Of a DNA stretch of 64,000 nucleotides, positions 22,501-29,841 are shown one piece after another. Below the pieces are notes generated by a model. That model had not been told where the DNA came from. It did no database searches and saw only the letters and a list, made by a program, of their open reading frames with translations. The first letter of the stretch is position 1. The number at the start of each line of letters is the position of its first letter. Location: contig JAVZBY010000002.1 in NCBI GenBank assembly GCA_038874655.1, forward strand, positions 74,238-138,237. The letters run 5' to 3'. The stretch comes from Candidatus Woesearchaeota archaeon. GTDB taxonomy: Archaea; Nanobdellota; Nanobdellia; Woesearchaeales; GW2011-AR15. The position numbers and the translations under genes are program-made.

Positions 22501-25500
22501 GAGTCCTCTTTTACTACAACAAACCTTGCTTTAAACTTTACAGTAATTGATGCATTAGATAAAATACTAAATTGTGATTTATACTTAAATGGATTTTTAT
22601 ATCAGCAAAATATTAATGCAAACAATAATTCTAATACAATAATTAATTTAATAAATTTAACACCTAATACTTACAAATGGTTTATTACTTGTATAGATGA
22701 TGCAACAAATATGAATGTTAGTGAAGAATATATATTTTATATATCAGATTTACCTCCAAGTGTCAGCTTATTAACACCTAACAATATTTATTTTAGAACA
22801 CCAAACATTTCATTATTTTATTTTGCTACAGATAATTTAAATATTAATCTATCAACTTTGATATTAAATGGTTATCCTTTTGCATATCAATATAATTTAG
22901 GAACATCAGTAATATCAAGTTTTAATTTAACTTATATGCCAGAGGGATTATATAATTGGACTGTTAATGTTTCTGATTCTAGTAATTTAACAGATCAAGC
23001 CCCATATAGATATTTCACGATAGATTATACAGAACCAATAATTTACATTTATGCTCCAGATAATAATTTGACAATTAATGAAACACAAACAAGAATCAAC
23101 TTTACAGTTGTAGATAATTTAGATTTCATGATAATGTGTAATCTCACTATAAATAATCAAATTGCTCAAACAAACATACCAGCAATTAATAATTCTTTTG
23201 TTTCATATTTAATTACAAATTTCTATGATGGTTTAAATTATTGGAATTTAACATGTTTTGATGATGCAGGTAATTATATCACTTCTGAAACGAGGATACT
23301 AAATGTTAGTGCTCCTCCAAATGTTGTTTTAAATTATCCCTTTAATAATCATTTCCAAAACCAACAAAATATAACTTTATATTATACACCACAAGATAAT
23401 GTTAATTTATCTGTCTGTGAATTATTTATTAATGGTCAATATAATCAATCAAACATTGAAATAACAAATGGAGTACAAAATACATTTGAATTAACATCCT
23501 TAAGTGAAAACATATACTCTTGGTCTGTAAGATGTAATGATACTTCTAATCTTTCAACAATGTCAGAAACAAGAATATTTACAATAGATTTGACAAAGCC
23601 AACAATTTATTTATTATATCCAAATAATGGTGATACTATTTATGGAAAATGGACCAATTTTAATTTTAGTGTTATTGATAACTTTGATATAAACTTATCT
23701 TGTAATATTACAGTTGACGGATTAATAAGAAAATCTAATTTACCTGTTTTGAATAACACACCAACTAATTTTACAATAAATGTAAGTGATGAAGGTCCTC
23801 ACACATGGTATATAACCTGTATAGATGATGCAACTAATTTTAATGTCAGTGAAACAAGAAATTATTTCACAACAAATCCGCCAGAAGTGCAATTAGTTTT
23901 CCCTAATAATGGAGCAATTATTAATTATAACTTAATTAATTTCACTTATATACCGATTGATGATAATTTAGCAAGTGCAACCTTAATTTTAAATGGACTA
24001 AGAAATGAAACAAATACTACTTTATACAATGAACTAGAGAATTATTTCAGAATTTATTTAACAGATGGAATTTATAATTGGACTGTCAATGTAACAGACG
24101 CAACAAATCTTTATACAATGCCTGATGTATTAACTTTTACAATAGATTCAACACCTCCATTAATAACAATACATCATCCTGCTGGTTTTGAAATATTAGA
24201 TTGGAATAATATCACCTTCAACTTTACTGTGAGTGATAATTTATTTCAACCAATTTATTGTAATATAAGTATTAATTCAGTTCCACAATTTACTAATATT
24301 CCAGTAAATAATAATTCCAATGTAATTAGATATTATTCTCTAAATGATGGTACTCATTCATGGCAAGTTAGATGTATTGATTTAACAAATAATACTGCAA
24401 TACAAACACAGAATTTCATAGTAGAAGCACCACCAAGAGTAAATCTAATAAATCCAGTAAATCAAACAAGAACAACACAACAATCTTTTAATTTCCAATA
24501 TTTACCCTATGATGTCTTTGGTCTTTATAATTGTACTTTAATATTAGATAATAAATTAAATGAATCTAGTTCCTCTATATTGAATAACCAAATTAACACT
24601 TTATTTGTTTCATATATACCAGAAGGTTTACATAATTGGACAGTAAGATGTATTGATAATCCTCCAGATTATAATTCATATCAGCCAGAACCTTGGCAAT
24701 TTAGAATTGACTTAACAGGACCAACAATAATTCTAAAATATCCTATGCAAGACCAAACATTTAATTTAAACAATATTACTTTTAATTACACGGCAATTGA
24801 TTCTGATAATATTATAATTGATTGTAATATATCTGTGTCAGACCCATATGGAAATAGATTAAATGCAACTTCAATGCCTGCAGGATATGATCATATAATA
24901 ACTATAACAAATCTTGCAGATGGAGATCATTATTGGAATGTTACTTGTGTAGATGATCTAGGAAATGTTAATACAAGTGAAACAAGAAGATTTATTATTA
25001 ATCAACCAGATTTATTTACAAATAATAATCTTGTTTTCCTAAACAACATAAATCCAGATTTATATGAAAACATTACAATTTCCATAAATGTATCAAATAT
25101 AGGTGGACAACCAGCAAACAATGTTTTAGTAAACTTCTATGATGGAAATCCGAATTTAGGTGGCTTATTTATAGGTAATGATACTAACTCAGTTGCAATA
25201 AACCAAACTATTGCATTTACAACATCATGGCTAATAACACCAGGTTATCATACAATTTACATTAGTGTAGATCCATATAATCAGATTTCTGAATTAGATG
25301 AAACTAATAATAATGCAACAATTAATATAAGTGTATTATGGGCTAACATTACAAATCCAAAAAATCAATCCTGGTTTAATACATTAATAGTTCCAATAAA
25401 CTTTACTGCATATGATTACACAGGAAATTCAATTACTTATATTGTTTTAATTGATAATACTCCTAATGGTCAAAATGGTTATGTAATTGATAGCATAAAT

Positions 25501-27957
25501 AATGAATTAAATGTTTCATTTACACAAGGCATACATACAATAAAAATTAGAGTTAATGACACTTATTATTACTTAGGAAACACATTACAAAGAATAAAAG
25601 ATTCATTGCCCATAATTTTATACATTGATACAACTCCACCAACAATTACATTTAATACATTTAATTTAACATGGTTTAATTCAGAGCCAATAATAAACTT
25701 CACTATAACAGATAATTTAGATAATTTAATTAATTATATAATTTATATAAATAATAATCCAGTTACATCTGGATCAGCAAATTCAAGCCCACAAAACATA
25801 ACAATATATAATTTACAAAATGGAACTTATGAAATCTATATAGAAGCATTTGACGAAGCACTTAATTATAGAAATTCCTCTGTATTAACAATTTATCTAG
25901 ATACTGTAAAGCCAACAATCTACTTATTGGCACCTCAAAATGGAATCTCTTTATTAGCTAATTATACAACCTTTAATTTTTCAGTAATTGATAATTTAGA
26001 CACATTATTACAATGTAATTTAACAATTGATGCTAAAGTGAATGTTTCAAACATATATGCTTATAATAATTCTATAAATAGCACAGCTGTTTATAATTTA
26101 AGAGAAGGCACTCATTATTGGAATGTTAGTTGTTGGGATGGCAACTTAATAACACCTGTAAGTTTAATAAACACTTCAGAAACATATTACTTCAATGTAT
26201 ATAATCCACCTATAATAAAGCTAATACAACCAGAAAACAACAATTGGACAAATAACCCAGAAGTTATTTTCTTCTTTAATGTTAGTGAGGAAACAGGATT
26301 GCAAAACTGCTCTATTTTATTAAATGGAATTATTCAAAATACAAAACAAGGTAATTTACTTAATAAAAATGGTTTAAATAATATAACTTTAACAAACTTA
26401 AATGGCACATATTCTTGGCAAATTGAGTGTTATGATAATACAACAATTTATAATTATGCAATCTCAGAATCAAGAACTTTAAATGTTGATTTAGATGCAC
26501 CGATTCCTTATATAGAAACATTAAATAATACTTGGTTTAATTATAATAATCCCTTAATCTATTTTAATATATCTGATAACATGGCTTCAATAATTAATTA
26601 TACTTTTTATGTGAATTCAACACAAAACAGACAAGGCAGTGTAAATAATGCAACATCCACATCTATTAATTTAAATCCAATTCAAGATGGTTATTATTTA
26701 TTAACATTAGAGGCATTTGACTATGCTTACAATAGAAGAAATAGTTCCTCTATAACAATTTTTGTTGATACAACTAAACCAACAATAAGTTTATTATCTC
26801 CAATTAATGGATTCAGCACATCAGATACAAATATATTGTTTAACTTTACATCATTAGATAATTTAGCAAAAACAATGATATGTAATTTAACAGTTGACAA
26901 TCAAATTATTAAATCATTCAACACGACATCAGGGTTATCTAATTACACTTATTTAAATATGGCAGCAGGTATTCATTATTGGAATGTATCCTGTTCAGAT
27001 TTAGTTGGTAATTTCAATACAAGTGAAACATATTACTTTATAATCCCATTGCCTGATTTATATGTATCAGCAGATTATATCCTCTTTAATACAACAGCAC
27101 CAGAAGAAAATACAAATATAACTATAAATGCAACAATCTTTAATATAGGAAACACAACTGCATACAATGTTACAATACAATTCTGGGATGGTCACTATTT
27201 AAATGGAACACAAATTAATGGAAATTTTACATATAATATTTCAGCAGGCCAAAACATAACTATTAATTTATCATGGAAAGTAAGTTCTGTAGGAGACCAC
27301 TTTATCTATGTTATAGCTGATCCACCCTTACAAACAAATGGAACGATTAAAGAATCTAATGAAACAAATAATTATGCATATAAACTTATAATTGTTGGTA
27401 GTTATACATATATTTATGGTAATTTCTCAGGATTCCTAAATTTAAAGGACTTAAACAATATAACTGTCTATCAATGGGATATTAATGATTTAAACGGTTC
27501 AAAAATATTTGCTGTTGATTATGATAGTATTATAGATTGGCAGAAATTACAAGCAATCTCTAGAGATATTTATAATAACTATGTGTCTAATGACTTTTAT
27601 GAAATAGATTTAGCATTAAGAATGGAAAATAACTCTGATTCTATAAATAAAACATGGATCTATAATAATAATCCTTATTACACAAAAAATTATAATGTTT
27701 TCCTCAATAATATACAAAATATTCCTTTTATTAACTCAACAAATACTACAAATTTCCAAACAGGTATTTTATGGGATTACTCTGATGGAAACACGCAATA
27801 TAATGGGACACAGGATTTAGTATTTTTTACAATTGTTAATATAAATCAAACAGGAATACATGGAAAATATGACTACGAATTAAGAGTTCCAGCAAACTTA
27901 AGATATTATAAACAACCAAATATAGCTACAATTGCATTATATACAGAATTAAAATAA
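13567..27957 (+). CDS. Giant secreted surface protein/adhesin (4796 aa)
   Basis: Signal peptide, Lys-rich N-terminal module, four GGEC scaffold repeats with inserted domains, many Ig-like repeats (WNxTCxD), two CARDB-like domains (PDL...NIG...DP..ESNETNN), a C-terminal subunit-like domain and dense N-x-S/T sequons. No C-terminal TM. Confidence 0.9.
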   Translation: MNSEKNYPKFVSLFLIILIIVISIVIINAQNLLENNYIKINKKEFFLGETVEIELLINDLNNINIDLYTPNAIYKYPFPSKIIKYKPILEGNYRLVVLKNKEILTTTTFFVKKNEYNLIEEILNQSTIKNNEETENLLDINKPNLITDKETYLLNQEVIISINNLSIDDLSNYNLIINSSNTIINYIDLKSNTIKFFPKKQGIYTLILISKKSNEEIAKKEISVNSFNQQFNNEISLNYDNKTNSINNNIDNQKEIMINQSIEYSDNLFNNSKNIEQLNRQYNNLPFKIKNSKNYFLIANITISNKRLKNLSLDTFSFINLSDDLYDIEIQPNIRQIRKIKLHNVSFKGNFDLGLEEIDSQATKFKDIKKAIAIDPSKINFTNGFIEINATSDVLLKCKDWNFTEQKCFGKFELIKTLNKGQTYFIDINSTDPAYYELGLASINTNKSLYKENETAQIWIVALDYTGHLISNANITLQIISPNNEIFIFSTDSNISQIELGIYELNFTTKEQGNYTIFANVYSNLINTTLFSFFSVVDYYEFEIIRKSPLTTDPWRDTFTTKLKIISNNHNGLFNLTEKIPIGFEIIETDAIITNDSNYYYLTWNNLQNNSEVNYTALAPFITPAVYEFKSFVSYEMNNQSLIFNEAKPWFLAVDPIMYTQVCQAQINSVGQNTFGSACDGVYPSSCSATGDLLTCNDNFFETHTGTNTNRWAGVRISAYDSTIRDCVSITRVELCYEWWRDIGFSNARIAVDRNNWASPTTVTTTLPGTTANPGVTCADVTSLEAWTCDNFDGTGQAAQAVAQAQRDNSGSTRTLYIDVLFFNVTYLRDYPPNITQNRPPSYYYNDTFSPINITFNCSAVDDIRVSNISLYITNLNNNSFALNQSCNILATSGSCQWTLLLPSGNYTWNCLAYDNRTQGTWGTNRTIIINYTMPPTPKINSYSCEINTLNNWQPCNTIAYGNTILRVRANCTTDSGLITNTTFLLYNLPDNIYLLNGTSTTQTSGYYIYDNPDLQITDSGYFNLSVQCFNSFNKNQTNTTAWNLAWGTLSSQLIYPFEPISVPQNSTFNFTSRLTCLGGECGDVNATLDPIYIVLFNHTFETGLEDFIWLDDIYGTNQPTQSEGYVTNRIFCPNGFCLFGDLHTVNNSNTGPWSGGFNKTFNLTSYTYGLKANITVNITFDYNLIIDQTTEAGEYVYLYYRNITSKTSVQGPNIQGSGAGGTDEVFENVSGRISLIFYNVSDVFSFDVGCYMTDTNANDEDGGCFIDNILIQATVELNKGKISNIPGTKPFWTLSPNPYTEANLACLRNMIAGQSCNTTWVVNATGPLYTTWDFFVLYEPTEYSSYLSFNKSKSVNITITDMVRPVITFVQCQRNSTSWVSCDSIKYNEYISGVRGTCTYTEGIITSMSFNLKNQFYNRTYFDVSTTDNSTNYWTSTFSPIRVNNSGNFALYSRCYANSLFGDYSLNWSLPYGTIYISWINLSSEVNVTQNKFSNFSVLLTCQGGECINISAFIDPEIGQQFALMTFDGSTNFPLRDGLCNTATDTCALSNPWDDFDNCIAGNGQYGICASRYAGSGGTERGLLCQGCDRNNAGNTGGLYISLNSTPCGGYPCQYIFISYYQAVQSMDAANEGSVVLVRDNDGIWREVSRCIDNDLCDCDRIAGCTLATIGQYAQYVNVNLCDIPGIDCTQPLDIFFTSYATNVNQGTGDYFMWDQINITGYLPKGIISYGSGSPFYTTYANPVYRQNNSCLAYLDVGQSCIITWPVNATGNLNSLHEFYVNATTFNNQTTQSSIIDVRITDNKLPYVSFITLNPINPTSYDNLNCSFIINDANYFDKLYANITWYRNDIVYSNQMISINNNQLTSVILSSSNTNNGEVWHCGITPYDETVYGNQLNSTKVNILISQPPIISNVQCQRNSTSWVSCSDIKFNDILTMVRAQCIDLDGYVMNVTFNLTNFEDKYLFFKNTTYMPESGYYYFNNTDILIRDSGNFNLSVSCIDDTNVETVYYLTWLVPFGKLKGQWLNPPNINVNVTRYKLSNFSVRIICEGGECGNITAVLDPLILYPQANMDFESPTNFPLATGQCGTGAGWQCADSSPWDDFDNCIGGNGVYGICASTEANSGETGIRGLECRGCDRADALNQGGLYINIPARSCNDYVCEQINISFYQIVQSMDNANEGSAVLVRDEDGIWRNLTTCMDNQPRCDCDVIPGCTRAEMGAYAQFFKKDLCQVPGINCSQNISILFTSYNLINHGTDDYFAWDKILVEKYGQKGIIPVGSGFPFYVIENNPRTWNDFSCLYNMTSGDSCEITWQVNATGNYNKTHEFFAYFNSTYSAIELNETKHIYVTITDNFPPRVTYVEIGPEVALNDTDIYCSFIITDPNYFDSLWANITWYRNKTFYFNQQVPISINTLTQVYLLANNTEPGEYWHCGVTPFDGSIYGNQVNSTNLTIYLYPPPSINSIQCNVNGLWKDCKNILYFTNFSAIRTNCSSNEGMVNATFNFTNIPDNKVFFNNLTTTYSNGYFIFDFEDINITDSGEMEIYAKCIDNVNQVVYGKVNWTILWGTLTASLVYPDSDTSVQRNNFFTFQARVTCSGGECGNINATLDPYTNSTIYDFKQGYNIDKFAWVIDSNNNPPESLPNSRTALTLAQVALINVSDNNRYTMPDPGAGDWISLDMIMNIKEKREDITKMQFYFEGYPNIASTLQIYAWNFNTNTWNSLGTQSFSTGSDQIMTVNITSNILNYINASNNNIRWLLLNTLTSEYILVDYVYVNITYNAYKGIIPRQEGAIPFYTRDYNPKDYTNQSCLGNMISGQSCIASWLVNATGPLGSTHEFFVYFNATNYSQYIMPKETTHIFITITDSTLVPPIVILNDPQDNLYTNNQNIIFNCSVTDNFNLKNISLVADFNGIFDINETYQITGTSNTSLFYKYLDDGKYIWNCLAYDSDNNLDWGNSNRTLTIDTKEPTIILNNPLNESSFTTTNLALNFTVIDALDKILNCDLYLNGFLYQQNINANNNSNTIINLINLTPNTYKWFITCIDDATNMNVSEEYIFYISDLPPSVSLLTPNNIYFRTPNISLFYFATDNLNINLSTLILNGYPFAYQYNLGTSVISSFNLTYMPEGLYNWTVNVSDSSNLTDQAPYRYFTIDYTEPIIYIYAPDNNLTINETQTRINFTVVDNLDFMIMCNLTINNQIAQTNIPAINNSFVSYLITNFYDGLNYWNLTCFDDAGNYITSETRILNVSAPPNVVLNYPFNNHFQNQQNITLYYTPQDNVNLSVCELFINGQYNQSNIEITNGVQNTFELTSLSENIYSWSVRCNDTSNLSTMSETRIFTIDLTKPTIYLLYPNNGDTIYGKWTNFNFSVIDNFDINLSCNITVDGLIRKSNLPVLNNTPTNFTINVSDEGPHTWYITCIDDATNFNVSETRNYFTTNPPEVQLVFPNNGAIINYNLINFTYIPIDDNLASATLILNGLRNETNTTLYNELENYFRIYLTDGIYNWTVNVTDATNLYTMPDVLTFTIDSTPPLITIHHPAGFEILDWNNITFNFTVSDNLFQPIYCNISINSVPQFTNIPVNNNSNVIRYYSLNDGTHSWQVRCIDLTNNTAIQTQNFIVEAPPRVNLINPVNQTRTTQQSFNFQYLPYDVFGLYNCTLILDNKLNESSSSILNNQINTLFVSYIPEGLHNWTVRCIDNPPDYNSYQPEPWQFRIDLTGPTIILKYPMQDQTFNLNNITFNYTAIDSDNIIIDCNISVSDPYGNRLNATSMPAGYDHIITITNLADGDHYWNVTCVDDLGNVNTSETRRFIINQPDLFTNNNLVFLNNINPDLYENITISINVSNIGGQPANNVLVNFYDGNPNLGGLFIGNDTNSVAINQTIAFTTSWLITPGYHTIYISVDPYNQISELDETNNNATINISVLWANITNPKNQSWFNTLIVPINFTAYDYTGNSITYIVLIDNTPNGQNGYVIDSINNELNVSFTQGIHTIKIRVNDTYYYLGNTLQRIKDSLPIILYIDTTPPTITFNTFNLTWFNSEPIINFTITDNLDNLINYIIYINNNPVTSGSANSSPQNITIYNLQNGTYEIYIEAFDEALNYRNSSVLTIYLDTVKPTIYLLAPQNGISLLANYTTFNFSVIDNLDTLLQCNLTIDAKVNVSNIYAYNNSINSTAVYNLREGTHYWNVSCWDGNLITPVSLINTSETYYFNVYNPPIIKLIQPENNNWTNNPEVIFFFNVSEETGLQNCSILLNGIIQNTKQGNLLNKNGLNNITLTNLNGTYSWQIECYDNTTIYNYAISESRTLNVDLDAPIPYIETLNNTWFNYNNPLIYFNISDNMASIINYTFYVNSTQNRQGSVNNATSTSINLNPIQDGYYLLTLEAFDYAYNRRNSSSITIFVDTTKPTISLLSPINGFSTSDTNILFNFTSLDNLAKTMICNLTVDNQIIKSFNTTSGLSNYTYLNMAAGIHYWNVSCSDLVGNFNTSETYYFIIPLPDLYVSADYILFNTTAPEENTNITINATIFNIGNTTAYNVTIQFWDGHYLNGTQINGNFTYNISAGQNITINLSWKVSSVGDHFIYVIADPPLQTNGTIKESNETNNYAYKLIIVGSYTYIYGNFSGFLNLKDLNNITVYQWDINDLNGSKIFAVDYDSIIDWQKLQAISRDIYNNYVSNDFYEIDLALRMENNSDSINKTWIYNNNPYYTKNYNVFLNNIQNIPFINSTNTTNFQTGILWDYSDGNTQYNGTQDLVFFTIVNINQTGIHGKYDYELRVPANLRYYKQPNIATIALYTELK

Positions 27958-27978
27958 AAATTTAAAATAAAAACTAAA

Positions 27979-29841
27979 ATGAAAAATAAAAACATAATAA
28001 GAATTACTTTATTTTTATTTGTTTTAATATTATTTAGTTTTATTATTGTTATTTATATTGCAAAAGCACAATGTCAATTAAAAGAAATTCCGTTTTTTGA
28101 ATTAAATGAAGGGGACATTTTTAATTATACTTTAAATTTTGTAAATCAAAACATTTCTGAAAAAGGATTATCAGAAATTAAAATTTCACTTATAAAGATA
28201 AATTCTTCAATAAATCCTGTGATTAAAAATAATCTAATTAATTTTAAAGCAGATCAAAACTCAGGAAACAAAAATTCGTTTTTAATTGTTTCAACAATGG
28301 AAAATGGGTGCTATGATGTTAAGAAATTTGATTTTTTTGTTTATTTAAAACCTAAAATTATGGAAAAAAACCCAATAGAGGATTATTTAGAAATTTATGA
28401 GACACAATCAATAAAATTTTATGCTTCAGCATATTCTTTTTATGATACTGATGTAAAAACAGAGTGGTATTTAAATGGAATTAAACAAAAAGAGAGTTCT
28501 AATTCTTATATCTTTTTCACAAATTATAGTTCAAAAGGATTATTCACATTAGAATATGTTGCAAAAGATAAAAGGCAAAACACAACAATAAAATGGTTAA
28601 TAAATGTAAAAGATAAAAATAGAAAACCTATTTTAAGATTTAATATTCCTGACTTTGTTTTAACAAATTATACAAGAGGAAGATTATTGAATTTAAATGA
28701 TTACTTTCAAGATCCAGATTTAGACAAATTAAAATTTGAATTAGTTTATTTTGATAAAATTAATAATTCTATTAAAGAAAAGTCCTATGAAATTTTTAAT
28801 TTTAGTATTAAAGATAATGGTGATTTTGAAGTTTATCCAATTAAAAACATTTATTTAACAGAATATCTTAAAGTAATTGCTTATGATTTTCAAGGAGAAA
28901 AAGCAGAAAGCAATATTTTCTTTATGAAATTAGTTAATTCAGATAATATAAGTTATATCTTTCTAAATACTTCAAAAAAAGAACAATGTAAACCAAATAT
29001 ACAATGTACAGAATGGAGTCCATGTTTGATTACAAACATTAGAACAAGAGAATGTTTTGATGTAAATAATTGTAATTCAGAGAACACTACAATTACAGAA
29101 ACAATGCATTGTGATTATAATGCTACTTGTAATGATGGAATTTTGAATCAAGGTGAAGAAAAAGTTGATTGTGGTGGCCCATGTGAACCCTGTCCAACTT
29201 GTGATGATGGTATTTTAAATCAAGGTGAAGAAAAGGTTGATTGCGGCGGTCCTTGTCAAGCTTGCGAAAATTGTTATGATGGTATAAAAAATCAAAATGA
29301 AATATTTACCGATTGCGGTGGTCTATGTAAAAGTTGTTTATTATTAGATATTATTAACTTCATAAAAAGTTATTATTATTTAGCATTTATATTTATATTT
29401 TTATTAATTATAAAAATCTATTCAAAAAACATTAGTAGTTCTGATAAAATAAAAAATTATATCTTTTATTCAAAACTATTTAATTTTTTACCTAAAAAAA
29501 TTCCAGAAAATTATAAAGAGATTTTTACTCAAACAATTTCAGATTTAACAAGCATAAAAAATGATATTTTAAATCTTGAAGATAAAGAAAAAATAAAAGA
29601 GAAATTTTATAATATTATAGATAACTTTTACAAAAATTTTTTAGAATTAGATCTTGTAAATAATATTACTGTAAAAAATTCTTCAAAAAAAATAATAAAT
29701 CCCTTTTTAAGAGAATTAATCTTGTTATTGTATTATGATACAAGAGATATTTCAGTTGAATCACCTTTTTATAGAATTGAGTTAAATGAAAAAATAGATC
29801 AAACAATTGCAATATTAAATAAGATTAGGGATTTATTATGA
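27979..29841 (+). CDS. Single-pass surface protein with Ig-like domains and Cys-rich repeats
   Basis: Signal peptide, YFQDPDLD Ig-like motif, CTEWSPC..R.CFDVNNC module, three CxDGxxNQxExxxDCGG repeats, TM and cytoplasmic tail. Confidence 0.8.
   Translation: MKNKNIIRITLFLFVLILFSFIIVIYIAKAQCQLKEIPFFELNEGDIFNYTLNFVNQNISEKGLSEIKISLIKINSSINPVIKNNLINFKADQNSGNKNSFLIVSTMENGCYDVKKFDFFVYLKPKIMEKNPIEDYLEIYETQSIKFYASAYSFYDTDVKTEWYLNGIKQKESSNSYIFFTNYSSKGLFTLEYVAKDKRQNTTIKWLINVKDKNRKPILRFNIPDFVLTNYTRGRLLNLNDYFQDPDLDKLKFELVYFDKINNSIKEKSYEIFNFSIKDNGDFEVYPIKNIYLTEYLKVIAYDFQGEKAESNIFFMKLVNSDNISYIFLNTSKKEQCKPNIQCTEWSPCLITNIRTRECFDVNNCNSENTTITETMHCDYNATCNDGILNQGEEKVDCGGPCEPCPTCDDGILNQGEEKVDCGGPCQACENCYDGIKNQNEIFTDCGGLCKSCLLLDIINFIKSYYYLAFIFIFLLIIKIYSKNISSSDKIKNYIFYSKLFNFLPKKIPENYKEIFTQTISDLTSIKNDILNLEDKEKIKEKFYNIIDNFYKNFLELDLVNNITVKNSSKKIINPFLRELILLLYYDTRDISVESPFYRIELNEKIDQTIAILNKIRDLL
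29125..29340 (+). repeat. Coding tandem repeat, 3 units of about 72 bp (CxDGxxNQxExxxDCGGxC)
   Basis: Units begin tgtaatgatgga, tgtgatgatggt and tgttatgatggt, each followed by gattgtggtggc/gattgcggcggt/gattgcggtggt. Confidence 0.8.
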
